Shown piece after piece: positions 38,389-51,902 of a stretch of DNA of 64,000 nt; position 1 is the stretch's first letter, and each line of letters opens with the position of its first letter. A program made the translations under genes and the position numbers. The notes beneath the pieces are model-generated. The model did no database searches. It saw only the letters and a list, made by a program, of their open reading frames with translations, and was not told the origin of the DNA. The stretch is from Paraspadella gotoi (lineage: Eukaryota; Animalia; Chaetognatha), in contig CM119269.1 in the NCBI GenBank assembly GCA_051294375.1, forward strand, positions 15,844,711-15,908,710, written 5' to 3'.

Positions 38389-41300
38389 ACTAAAGTACTT
38401 ATTTCACATGATTCGATATTTGGAGAACCAAGGGTTTAAGTCAGACTACCAGTGATTCGCCTCTTTCACTTCTCTCCAGAAACGGAGGCACCTGTCGCGG
38501 GTTCGGTGGACCAAACTACATCTGCGAGTGTCTGGCGGGATTTTTGGGCAGAAACTGCGAAGTTTCGTTGGTGATCCCTGCTTGCCCAATCCCTGCCTCA
38601 ATGAGGGAACGTGTGTCAACACGCCAGGTGCAAATGCCACATTGATTTTTTTTTTCACCTCGTTATGGGTTTTTTTTGGATATGTTAGTCCTGTGCCACC
38701 CCTTATTGTATTCTCTGTCAACTTCTTGTCATCCCTTTCCGTCATCGACGCCGCCTCCTCAGGCGGCGACTTCGAGTGCAAATGTCCGCCCTTTTGGATC
38801 GGACGCCACTGCGGACGTTTCTCGCCGTGGAAACGCTCGCCCTCGCGACCCCTGCGTGCCCAAGCCCTTGCGGCGACAACGGGTCTGTAGGGAGATCCGG
38901 GACGGAGATTTCGAGTGCGTCTGTCTCCAACGGGTTCAAGGGTCCGAGGTGTCGAGAGGTCGCCGACGCGTGCTCGTCCAATCCTTGCGTCAATGAAGGG
39001 AACTTGCGCTTGAATGGTTTAGGCGGGAGACGGAGAGGTGGAAATCAGAGGAAGGGAAAGAAAGCTAAAGTTTATTAGTATAATAATACTATTGTAATAT
39101 TTACAATGGATGGGTCGTTTTACTAATTCCGTGACATACTTGAAACCACTCTTTACGTTTCCTCTCATTGACTGAGGCTGAAGACATTCTCCTAAAATTG
39201 TCATAATACTAATAATTAAAGAACTAATACTGAACATATAACTATTAAACTACTACCTTCGTCCTAATAGCTAAGACTCTAAATTCATACTAATTTAATA
39301 ATCACTAATAAGCACTATCAGACGAACGGGACGTTCCATTGCTTCTGTCCACGCTCGTTCGGCGGGCGCCTCTGCAAAGAAACCATCGATCCCTGTTGGC
39401 CGATCCCTGCGCGCAACAGGGCGCCTGCGCTCCGGACATGAGCGGCGTCAGCGGCGCCAAGTCGATTCATTTGCACCTGTTTGCCCGGGATACGCCGGCG
39501 CCATCTGTGAAACGCCCGTCTCAAGGTGGCAGCCCCGTCAATCCCTGCCAAAACGGCGGCATCTGCGAGGAACGAGCGGGGGGGAATTCAAATGCATCTT
39601 GCTCCGTTGGATTTCATGGTGATTTTGTGAATCGGCTTTTTTGAATTTAGCTCAAATACTGCATGTTTTTCCTTTTCTTGGGTTAAATATAACAGTTTAA
39701 TTAATTTAATGATTCACAGGACCGACATGCGGCATTCAACCGTCACCCTGCATTCCTAGTCCATGCTTGAATAACGAGTTTGCATAACAGAGGTCAAACT
39801 TATTCCAATCTATTTATTCATTCTGCCCCTCCCCCAAAAAAAATTGCAAACCGGCAAATCTTCCATGCTTCAATTTCAGGCAGCGTCGATTTACGAGTGC
39901 GAATGCGGCGACGGATTTCTCGGGTCCTCATTGCGAAAATGCGTCACCCTCTCCCGCATGCTCGCTCCGGCCCTGCCTCAACTCTGGGCTATGTATTCCA
40001 TTGCCGTTTAACACCTTCAAGTGTAAATGCCCCTCCTTCTTTTAACCGGTTCGTTTAGTGGATTTAACGTTGCCTAATTTTCTATCAATAACCTATTTAC
40101 ACAAATAACAGGAAAAACTTGTGGTCAAAACATCGGATGTGCAGCCGAAACAAATGCACGAATGGCGCCAACCTGCATAGACGACAACCCAATGGAGGCT
40201 ACACCTGTCAATGTTACCCAAACTTGAAGTATGAGAAAGTTGTTTTTAATATTAATGAAAAAAGAAACCCTACTTCCTCAGATCCTCTAATCAATAATGA
40301 AAAGAGTAATTTAAACCTTTTTTTTTTTATAATATCACTGCCATGAAATTGGTACAACCTATATAAATTGTTAACTAATTATGCTATCTTGACCCTGATT
40401 TTTGCCAACTGGACAGGCCATTTGAATAAATAGTTTCATCGGCCTGTTCAGGGCATCTATTGCGAAATCCCGAAGCAGGCGAGCTTCTCCTGCCTTCTTC
40501 GTCGTGATTGGTCTTTATTCCAAACCGGCCGACGCCTTGCACGCCTGTCTACTACGTCTGCTCTAATGGGCAAGCTGTTACCGCATGGCCTGTCCTCAAG
40601 ATACCGTTTTCAATCCGTTCAGCTCGGTTGCGACTGGCCACACAGAATGAATTGCGGAGCAATGAGAAGACAAATCGCTCGTAGTTTAATATTAGCATCT
40701 GTAGTTGATAGATGCAAATGCATGAGTCTACGTCGTTTTAGATTATAGTCTCAGCATTCGAATATTTCACTCTTTTTTATTTCTTAATTAAAAATTTTGT
40801 AATTGAAAGAATATAAATATTTAGTTTTGATCAATACTATATATTAATAAAATTCATAGACAAGGGTTCGATAATCATAGCCATAGGTAATCAGATAGAC
40901 TGTAAGAGGTTTCAAAAGCAGCATTTTATATGCGGATTATCTTCCCAATCGTCAGACTTCAGTATATTATTGATATTTCAAAACTCCGACCTTATCTTTC
41001 AATCCCTTCGCTTCGCTTCGGATGCCCGATTGTCAAGAAAAAGAAAGAAAAAGAAAGAAGCAACAGTAAAAACTAAAAACGCGGACAAATTACACTTGAC
41101 TGCCATTCGTATTCAAGGAATTAAAATACAAATCAATCAACCAGCGAATATTTCGAACGTTTTCCTTTCATGATAATAATAATCATGACGGGGAAATAAA
41201 AACGATCGTCAACAGCAACTGATACAAAATTTTGATTTCCCGATTATCGTCGAATTGATAAAAAATAGACACTCGATCATGTCGCGCGATATTCTTATCA

Positions 41301-42768
41301 TTGGATTGGAAAGATTGTTTGCATAGATATTCCCTCGCACTTAACTAAATCAAAAAACCTCGTAATAATGAGAGTCGTTTTTTTGGTTTGCCTAAAAAAA
41401 AGAAATAAGAGGAACCTTCGAGAACAATTTTTTTTCCCTGACAAAATGGCATCGTCAACCGAAACGGCTAAGATTTCGGACTGATACGGAACGCCCATCC
41501 GTCACGCCAACGCCGAACGGAGCCACCGTCTCAAGGAACGGTCGTCCTGGTTACGGTTTTGTTTTTTGTATTCATTTTTCTCTTCGTCTTCGATTGTCTC
41601 GTCATAATTAAAGTGAGATTTAAAACATTAGGTCTTTTTTAATTATACTAATGCTACAGAACAGGAGAGCAATTATTCAATTAAGGATGAATATTAGATT
41701 ATGTTAATGATTATTGTTCATTGATCAACTCTATCAGCGCCGACGCAATCAAAATCTTCGTCGTCAATACGTTTCGGCGGCGAGGAAGTCTACGGGAGAA
41801 TCCACTTTAGAGGCAGAGGAAGGTAAGTTCGGGTGAGAAGAGAGGTTTGCCTTTAAAACGACAGTTTCAAGTTTGTAGAATTAGTTTTACTAGTAAGTTT
41901 ACACCGATGCTTTTGGTGAGTGAGGCTGAGAAAGTTCTGAAATTTAATTCGAAGCAATTATAATCTGTTAACAGAAGGCTATCAAAATGCTGAATCACTC
42001 GCTAGTTTTAGAGCTTCGGAATCAAATCACATTGGACATCCCACTAACAATCATTCGAAAGATTTAAAGATTTCACGCGTATAAATGTACGACACCAGAT
42101 TGACTGATTGATCGATTGATCATCGCCGTATTGATTATCGAAACAATTGACGGAGTCAGACAGTTTCCGCGACGCCCAACGAACTCCGTTGTAGACGTTC
42201 CCCTCCTCTCTGCCGACGTAGACGACGCGCCCTCTAGACGCGGCGGCGACGACGACGACGGACGTAATGGTGGACGGGATTTCGCACGTCTTCGGTCCCC
42301 AGGCGAGAGGTGAGGTTGCGGCAAGGGGCCAATGTGAAAACAAAAGATCTGGTCCGTTTGCAATTTTCAAAACTTTTCTAAAACCTCTCCGCAAAAATAT
42401 TAAGAATATGTTAAACAAAATTTGCTTGATTTATAATTAATAAGTTTTATTTGGCAATTATCCTTTTCTCACAAAAACCTAAGAAATGTAACGAAAATAT
42501 TATAAAGGAGTTTCAATTTGCATTTATATTTGGTCGGGTTGTATATGGTAATTAGTTCATTCGTGCATCTGGAATATGTCTCGTCTCACCCTCGTCCACA
42601 GCCCTCCCCCCGTCACCGCCTCATCGGGAGATCGTCTCTGGCAATCCGTCGGACGCCTCTTCGGATCCCAAGTTCCGCGCGGCGCCGCCAGAGTCTCAAC
42701 GAACGCCAACCAAGCGACGCCCAGCGAAGGCGCCGCCTCGAGCGGCGCCCCCGTCGTTCTCAACGGGA
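38389..42768 (+). repeat. Second copy of about 31550-35818 (3' EGF/CBM14 exons and 5' part of the membrane-protein gene); uncollapsed haplotype or noisy read
   Basis: Collinear near-identity with many frameshifting 1-bp indels plus a few larger intronic differences (39210-39320, about 39808-39835, about 42534-42546). Confidence 0.85.
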
Positions 42769-43585
42769 GAATTCAGGCGCTATACGATGAAATTATGAGA
42801 CAGGAATGACGGAGCGCAGGACTATGGGTTTTGCGAGAGGGTGAGGGGGAGAGAGAGAGAGGGGGGGACTATGGGGTCTTGCGAGAGGGTGAGGGAGAGA
42901 GAGAGAGAGAGGGGGGGGAACTATGGGGTCTTGCGAGAGGGTGAGGGGGAGAGAGAGAGAGAGAGAGAGAGAGATAGTTGTGCCGAATTCACTTTTTTTC
43001 CCATAGAAACAACGCCAGTCGCGACGCGACGTCCCGACAGTAATCGCAAGTCATTCGGCCAGGCGTCGGAAGTCAGTCTCGAACTCATGGACAGGTCGGA
43101 AGGAATTGGATAGTCTATTGCAAGGGGCGATCGTTATCCTTTCTCACGTGTCTACGGTTTGACCTTTAACATTTGGGTTTGTTTGTTTGTTTTTTTTGAT
43201 AGTGGAAGTTTTAGCGGAGCCAATCCAGGAGGTTTAGACGACAACCACTTAAATGTCATCGTTGGAAAAGGGTAACTTGACTCAAATATTCTTTTTTTTT
43301 ACGAAGAGTAAGACGCCTTGGCGATTATTATTCTAATTATCTTACTCGAAAATAGTCTTGGTTATAATTCTCAGACCCGGCGCCGAAAACGCCCGCGATT
43401 CTCTCTTCGTCGACGACGCCGACTCCTTTGCCGAGGAACTGGAATCGACGGCGCCGACCGGCGTCGTGGAGCCGCTGCAATTCAGGGAAACGACGACGAC
43501 GACGTCGACCGGGTTCATCGCCAACCAGGAAGACCCCAGCAAATACTACAGCATCGCCTACACGGAGTACTACATGGACGATTGA
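41446..43585 (+). CDS. Orphan type III (no signal peptide) single-pass membrane protein with disordered cytoplasmic tail ending PSKYYSIAYTEYYMDD*
   Basis: Same 5' exons as 34514, then exons about 42602-42776, 43007-43093, 43203-43271, 43375-43585 with consistent phases (using copy 1 to correct indels): ..RRSQRENS|ETTPVATRRPDSNRKSFGQASEVSLELMD|SGSFSGANPGGLDDNHLNVIVGK|GPGAENARDSLFVDD... One junction needs a GC donor at 42777. Confidence 0.6.
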
Positions 43586-43987
43586 TGGAGTGGTTTGTCA
43601 ACGCCTGCAGGTGGAGGCGATGACGGTTACATGGTTGACAATACACAATACATTTTAACGTTTCACTTAAGACATCTCATTTTCTTTTTTTTACTTATCA
43701 CGAAATTATAACTATATTGACGCTTATGTGACCGTTGCGAAATTATATATTGAAATGTTAAATGTATTACATAATACCCATTAACTGTGCTTTTTTTTCG
43801 CCCTTAATGAGAAATTACAAAGAAAATTTTTTATTCAAATATATCCACAACGAATCAAGATTCGTACATAGCGTGACATTAAATGCAGATTCTGGCAAAT
43901 CTGAAACGACATAAATTTCTCCCAAGCCAATCCCGGATCTAACTAAGCTCGCTCGCTCCGAATCAAGAAATAATTCGCTTATCAAAG

Positions 43988-45730
43988 TCAACGTTGCGAA
44001 ATTCGTTGTAAAATAAGCGCCAAAAGACAAAACAGCATCACAGGCGATGAATGAAGAATCCCGGAACAACCTGAGAGAAATTATGCGTTTTAATTTAATT
44101 TTGTTTTTTTACAATTTAAGAACTACAAGAACAACTAATAATGAGTTTATGGATCAACAAAGATCCTTTAACAATACATCTATCTATAAATTGATAGTAT
44201 TTTTTAAAATTTTTTAAAATTTATTATTTTGGTTGTATCAATTTCACTTTTTACTGTAGAACAGTTTCATTTCATTTACCGGCTATAACGTTCGACTCTC
44301 CAACTCCGTCCATCCCGATCTCGTAGTCGCCGCAGTATCCGTTGAGGATCGGCTGGGCGTGTATGCCACGTCTGGACAAGAGGATAGATGGAATGATTGA
44401 GTTTAGAAAGTAACAAAGTGATTATTCGTAACATTTTTTCTGACCTAATCAGGTTGCATCTCATCTGGTCCAAACGAAACTGAGCGTCGTCGCTGTTGTT
44501 GAAGTGCCTGACCGAAAGAAATTATTAAACAAGCTTAATAATTAGTTAAATACCAAATGTTAAATTTAATATTGATAGCCTTTTTACCTGGCGGACCACA
44601 GCCTCTCGGCGACCGCGGAGGCACGCGGCCATAGCCTTGGGATAATGTTTGATCCGTCAGCGTACTCTGCCCAAAGAGACGCTTCGCCGCCCAAGACTAG
44701 TCCCTTCTGTTCTTCGGTCCCTGAGACGGAAATGTCGAAAGAGTGACGCTGAGAAGGCCGAGCGCTGACTTTGCAGACTTTGTCAGAGTCAATTCTCTAT
44801 AGTCTATATGACAAAAATGACAGTGGAGAAACAGCTGAGCTAAGCTAGGAAAAGATAAGAGACATAAGATAAGATAAGATAAGATAATATTGAGACATTC
44901 ACTTCTTACTTTCCTAATATTACAATTAACATTTCATTTTCACTGTTCCACTCCCTATTACGCCATCCCCGCCACTCATCTTCATCTTCCACACTCCCCC
45001 GTCACCTTCGAAATCGTGCGGATCGCACTCGTAATACTTCTTCCAGTCTTGTCCGTAAGATATGATGTTGAGATACCAACAGGCGGAGAGGATCGTCCGG
45101 TATCCCTCGCGCGTCAAGTTGGCCGTCGTGTCGGTCCACTTGGGCAAAATGTCCCAGACGGACGGATCTTGCCAGACCTCGATGGCAACGTTGTTCTTTT
45201 CCAGCTGGATGGAGTCGAAGGGGCTCGAAACTTTTTAAACTTTCTTTTTATACAGAGATAATAATTATTTCTTTCCAATGGTTTTCTATCCTTTTTCCTC
45301 TCTTTCTCGCTCCTTTTATCTTGATCCTTTCTCCTTTTATTCATTGTTGTCATGTTTTTTTTTCTGAAATCTTTATCCCTTTTCTTCTATTCTTGTTTTC
45401 TTACCAGCTTTCTCGACACACTTCTCACAACCTTTATACTTTCCCTTTCTCTCTCATTCTTCGCTTCTCTCTCTCAATGTCTCTCACTTTCTCCCTATCA
45501 CTTTCATTTTCATTTATCATTTAAATTTTATATTTTCAGCGACCAACCTCAACATTATTGTCGACGACGTCTTGCCAAACGACGAACTTCTTCCCCTCTT
45601 TCTTGATCGACTGCAGCAGACGGTTGCTGTAATACTGCTGCAGTTTGTCCATGTTGTCTCCCATGCCGCGGGATTGCATGAAGGCGGAAATGTTGGGGCT
45701 AGAACGCCTAAGAACGGAGGAAGGCGTGAC

Positions 45731-45771
<41 letters not shown>

Positions 45772-48692
45772 ACCAACAATCGTAATAAACCTCATCCATC
45801 CCCAAGTGCACGTAAGGATCGGGAAAGACTGAATAGACTTCGTTAAACAATTTCTTCATGAAATCGTAAGTCGTCTCTAGAGTCGGATTGATAATCTCGG
45901 CCGGACCTATGGACGAAGGAATAATTTTNNNNNNNNNNACTGTCTCTTCAAAAACAATTAAAAGAAAATTTCAATTAATAGGACCTAAATTAGCAAAAGT
46001 TTCGAAACGAAAACTTAAAACATCGGTTTGAACAAATACAACAACGACAACTCAGATATCATCAATCATCATCCGTACCGTGAAAAGTGTAGTTGGCCGT
46101 GTAAGGTTTTCCGTCGGCCCAGCACGGGGTGATGAGATAAGGGTGTGACTTGCCCCAAGAGTCCGTATGACCCGGGGTGTCAAACTCGGGAATCACGCGA
46201 ATTCCACGAAGCCGCGCGTATTCGATAACCTGAAATTGATCGTTGGCGATTTAAATGATTGGTGATTCAAGTGATTGGTGATTCGTTCCAGTTTCTCGCT
46301 ATATATATATTTAATATCGTTTCGAATCATGTTTTGAAACTTTTTTACTTTCCTACCTTTTGTACGTCCTCCGGCGTGTAAACGTGCTTTGGAGTGTAAG
46401 CTCCTTTTTCGGCAAGTTCCGGCATTCCGACCTGGTAAGTTGAGATAAAGACATCCAGGATGACAGAGAACTCAAAAAGTAATTGCTGGAAAAGCTAAAA
46501 GCTAACCAACTGAATGGGAAACGACTGATCATCGACGACGTGCCAGTGGAACACGTTGAACTTGTTATAGGCCATCGCGTCCAAGTTGGCGAAGATGATG
46601 GATAGAGGCTGGAAGTGGCGCGCCGTGTCGATCAGCAAGCCTCGGTGGCGGAATCTAGAAAAAAGAGTGAAAAATTAAAAAAGGGAACCGAACTTATACT
46701 TTTAAATAATTCAATCAATTGCTTCACCTCGGATAATCTGCTATCGTCTGTTTGTTAGCTACGAAATTCCAACCATCTTTCAAGTAAACAACTTGGGAAA
46801 ACGTTTCCAGACCTGAGATGGTGCAAAGTATCGTTTTTTTATTGTACGGAATGAACTGCGCAACTCAACATCATAAATGTCATTTTTTAGTTGTTTTTTA
46901 GATCAGAATGACCTCTGAGCACGCCCCAAATCGAATTGGCTTTTAGCGTCGACGTTGGAGAATTGACTTCCAGTTTGTAAGATTCGTCCGAATCCAACGA
47001 AGGATATTTTTCGCAATCTCTTTACCACAACAATACAAAAAATATGATTAGGTTTTAATTTAGTTATAGTTTTTCCGTGACACGTATGCACTATGTAGAA
47101 AAGTTTAATCGTGACATATTTTGTATCACGGGTAACCAAATCTGATATATTGATTCATCTAAATCTAATCAATGGTCGGTACCCGTCGACGTCGATGTGC
47201 AGCTCTTTAATTGCTCCTGAAGCGCTGGCATCTGACCCGGCTTGAAAATTGGAAGGTCGCGCGAAAATTATTTTCTGTTAAAATTTGAAAATTCCATCAA
47301 ATGTTTAAAAATACAGAAAATATTGTTTCAGATATTATGATTAAATAATACGTAGTTAATCCGGAAATATCGGTTTACTGTCTGTCCAAAGTGGAAACAC
47401 AAAAATCCAAGGAAGAGATAGACATCACTCCCATCTTCCGAAAGCTCACGACTGTGGCGGCATATTCACACCGTCTCACATCCAGTATTGTTCGGCCAAA
47501 CCCATTGGCTCAGAGGGGGAACGCACCATCCCAAGCGTTGCGTTCAAATCCATGGTCCTAACGACTTCCCTCATGAGTTGGCAAAGCGAGACCGTCGTAG
47601 AGTAACCGCTCCAGTGACAGAAGGCGTCACTGAGGGTCAGAAGCCCCCACAGTGAGTCACCCCATCCCAATGGGTATCACAGGCGACCCGGCAGTTGCCA
47701 TACGACACTGATTGTTCTCACCTGATATCTTTCGATCGCTCGGTCCACGACGTCGCAATCCAGATTCGCTTCGATCTCAAAGGCCGATGGAGTCAAGGAG
47801 AAGACGGTCTCGTTGTCTCTTTCCAGTTTTTGCGGCGCCGGCCAGGGCGAGCCCGGAGGCGCCCTCTCTCCCTTGAAAATAATACAATTGTTTTATAAAT
47901 TGTTTTTTTTCAGGAGTCGGTGGAACAAAGGATACACTAAGACTGGTTGTAAAGTTTATCAAATAATGGATCAATTTTAAATCACTGCTGACCAGTCATC
48001 ACGGCTGACGGCCAAGATCCAAAAGTCAGAGACAAAAGATCAAATCGAAAGTTTTAAAAACATAAAACAAATATTAAAAGGTGAGACGAAAATTAGAGTC
48101 AGCCTCAAAGACGATAAAACTTGGAAGGAGACAAAACTTGGTGGAAAGAATGAAGGTGACAAAGGCTGAGCCTGGGCGGAATGACAAATCCATTGCTTTC
48201 TATTAAACTTCCGAGTTCCCGATTTGTTCTATGGATCAAGATTGATTACCATCATGCCATCATTTTTAAGTATAAAATAAGGATAAGAAATGCTATATTG
48301 CGTACACAAGATATCCTTTTATCAAACAATCAAATAATCAAATATTTGTTTCCCCGCGCCAAGATTTTTTTATTGCTCTTTGTAGCTCTCTTTTTTGCAA
48401 ATCTTAGTCAAATCTCAAATGCTTACAATAAGTATAATGGTATTATTGTCAGCAATTGAAAATACGGGTGGTCGCAAAGCCGCAACCACTATAGTAAAAG
48501 ATAAAAACTCAGTAACCGGATGTACGTAAATTCGTAAGGGCTTTAAAGGACTTAAAAGAAACAACCATCTTTTACCTCCAATGGCTGTGGAACAACAATG
48601 TAGGTGATGTAGCAGTCTACATTTCTTTTCCAAATAATGAGGCAACATAAGAACGCGACGAAAAACTGATCTTTTTCGAAAGAGCGCGCCAT
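43988..48692 (-). CDS. Beta-N-acetylhexosaminidase (GH20, HEXA/HEXB-like) with signal peptide and hydrophobic C-terminal extension
   Basis: Exons (minus) about 48692-48576, 47871-47722, 47275-47183, 47020-46913, 46812-46728, 46654-46507, 46431-46357, 46228-46079, 45906-45773, 45707-45548, 45204-45006, 44721-44588, 44507-44442, 44371-44280, 44070-43988. Motifs: [63 protein letters not shown], catalytic [43 protein letters not shown]. Confidence 0.95.
47453..47702 (+). mobile_element. 250-bp structured insertion, TGTGGC...TTGCCATA, perfect 4-bp TSD CGAC, in a hexosaminidase intron
   Basis: CGAC at 47449-47452 and 47703-47706; alignable end to end with 59494-59748. Confidence 0.88.
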
Positions 48693-49158
48693 TGCTTTGA
48701 ATTAAGTTATTCTGTAAAGTATGTCAATTATTTACCAAATTTGGTGTTTTCCATGAAGGAATGTTATTTATCTTTTTACTGCCCACATAAAATTTTTTAC
48801 CTCGATTATTGACGCAAACTCGAGGCTATACGAAATTTAATATCAAAACGAAAAACGAAAAAAATTCAGCGGAAACTGAATCAGAATGGATAAAGAAAAG
48901 ATTTTGCAAATAGAATAAGAGAAAAGATTGAAGTTGGATAAGAGAGATGAGAGCGATTCGGCGGCCGAGGAGGAGGAAGCGCAAATCCAGGGGACAAGGG
49001 CGAAAGTGTGAAGCGATGCCAAATCTTGTGATCGACCGAGACTCGTCACCAGGTTTTGGTCGGTCGGCGATGTGATCCAGATTTGGACGGAGACATTTGA
49101 AAACCAAATTATATATACAGTTGCGGATTAAATGTTGAACAAGAGAGAAAGGAAGAGG

Positions 49159-49273
<115 letters not shown>

Positions 49274-51060
49274 TATGAGTTATGCGCCGTTAGTTCTCTC
49301 AGAAAAAAGTCAGTTTGCTTATCTGCCCAAATCGCAAGGGAGGGTAAGTTCGCTAGATCTCCTCACGCGGTCGAGAAAATCCGAGAAACTCGGGTGAGGC
49401 GAACCTCTTCACAAGAGAACGAAACCAGCGGTTCACAACTTCACACTGGAATATAAATGCCGATCTTGGTATAAAACAAACACATATAAGGGAAACATTA
49501 TTCTCTTCTTTAGAGATATTGCATTCAAGAAAATTATCTTCTTGGAAAGAAAGTTCTTATCACCAGAAGATAAGATCAATTCCATCAAGCATAACAAATT
49601 GTTGCAGGTTTTGGCTTTGTAGTATTAATCAAATCTTTATAAATTTTCGTCATACAACTTTCGAATCTTGGGAAACGAACAATACAAAATCGAAATGGCA
49701 TTAAATCTAAACGAGATTAGCGAACGGTCAAAAATATGAAGGATCGAGATTGTCCCGGGGTAAACCAATTTTCACGTCTCTAATCTTATTCCTGGCTCAT
49801 ATAATTTAATGTTGGATATTTTTAAGTACTACGTACTACTTACTGCAAATGAAAGCCGAAAGAATTTTGGTCAGATTTTCACAGTACACGAAGGAAATTG
49901 TATCCATAATACAATAATTGCCTGATAATTTTATATAAATAAGCTAAGCTAATTAGAAAAAGAAAGAGAAAAAGAGAATTGTTTCATCAAAAGAGGCTTT
50001 TGAATTCCTAATGCAGCCTTTTTATCTTTGCTTTGTCATTCAAAAAAATGTGTTTGATAAAGAGAGACAGTCTTCGCAAACTTTCGCCTACATTTCATAA
50101 ATTGTATTTGCTTGCCTTGATCTTTATTAATAAAATCAAATTTAAAAACTCTTTAAATTACAATTAATATTCATATCGATATAAATACATCACAGGACAT
50201 AAACAATATACGTAACTCGTACAGGTGAGCGAGTGAGCCGGAATTATAAAAATTAAAAATTAAGAGTTACAATAATGTCTCTATCTTTCTCTTTCTCTCT
50301 CGCAGCTATCGTCGTTCTCTTCCGCATCGTTGTGTCCACAGTTTTATCGTTTTTACACCAAAGTTAAGTGAGTTTGTTCTGAACACCTCCAAATATAAAA
50401 CACTAACGAAGTGATCTAAACATTATAATTATTTCTTTCGTTGCCCAATCTTAACTTTTCGTCTTGTTTTTTTCCATTTTTAAACTCGACTTTTGACCAC
50501 GAGCCGGCGTTCAAATTTTAAAGCTTATCCTAGTCTAAATCCTGAGTTTCGAACCCCGACCCTTTTTAACGCGTAATATTTGAGAGCCTTCCAAATTTAA
50601 TCAGGTGATGTATTAAATTATGAATTTTTTAAAAAAAATTTAGTGTTGATTGTTCAATGTTCATTTAATCAACTTTTGACGAACTAAAAATTGTTTTAAG
50701 AGGAAAGGTCATTCAGCATAACAATACGTAATCATTGATGTGTTAGAGCTAATATATCGAGAAATACATTATAGTCATCAGTAATCGCAAAAAAATAAGT
50801 TCTTATTTATATGTAAACATTCCGTTTTCAATAATTTTTTTTAAATGGGTAAATAACAAAATTGTTAAGTTTAAAGATTAGTTTTTTAATCTGATTGTTA
50901 AAAAATTCTAGGTAAGAAGTTAAAACACGGTAAGGGATAATTTAAAAGGGGAGAATTAAACAATTAATCTTGTTACTCTGTTGGTTTTCCAGTCATGAAC
51001 AAAATCTTCAGTTAAATAGATGGTAAAGAAATTCGAGCTACAATGAATCTACACTGAATT

Positions 51061-51332
51061 TGAAGAGTTGCAGCCTAAACGACTGCAATAATATTGAATT
51101 AAAAATTTGATTAGCAATCTTAAAAACATTTGTAAAATGTAATAGAGAGACATTTTGATAAACGCATTCCAGTTAGAAAGAATTCAGGGTTAAAGTTTAA
51201 AAACGTTTCATTTTCAAGGTTACAAGTTGAAATTTAAAAATGTCTCTCTATTACATTTTTCTAATTCAGTAATAAAAAATTCATAAAAAATATCATATGG
51301 ATTGGCCTTTTCGTTTGACCTGCAACTCTTCA
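51061..51332. mobile_element. MITE-like palindromic element
   Basis: Inverted repeats TGAAGAGTTGCAG (51061) / CTGCAACTCTTCA (51320) enclosing a perfect 23-bp inverted repeat (51134-51156 / 51237-51259). Confidence 0.6.
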
Positions 51333-51902
51333 GATAGGTTTCTTTTATTTTATATTATAATTAAAACCGATATAAAATGGGGGAGAATGCATCAAATGCT
51401 TAAAGTGGATACATTTTCGGAATCGCCAGGAGCTCAGCTTTCTGAATTTGTACTCCATTTCAGCCTATTTTGAAGTTGAATTGAATGTCCCTTTTTCTTA
51501 AAAAATAATGTCTACGGGAAGACTGTCTGACTGATAATGTCTCGATAATTTTCTTTAAAAATGATCTGATATCATTTAAAATTAAATTTGTCTTTTTTGT
51601 TTTATAAAGCTTTGGCTGACTCACTACTTTTTTTTGTATCACCACTGCCTGCATTTCTTATAAAAATTGCAAAACGAAGCCTTTTCTTGGAGAGGACCAA
51701 AGGTGAACAAGATTTCGTTAAATAACAAAGTCAAAAAACCTTTGATCGATTGAAGAATTATGACTCTAAATAAAATAAATGACCTAATTTCTTTTTATTC
51801 ATTTTTTCTTTATTTCTCCAAGGCTGCAGTCTCAAAAAACCCGTTGTGGCCATCGACTTAAAATGAAAAATGAAAAGTTAATTGAACAAGTTTGAGCAAA
51901 CA

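Noticed and set aside
38389-41600. Frameshifted EGF/CBM14 pseudogene
   Set aside because: Same indel-dominated error pattern; better explained as an alternative haplotype or noisy read.
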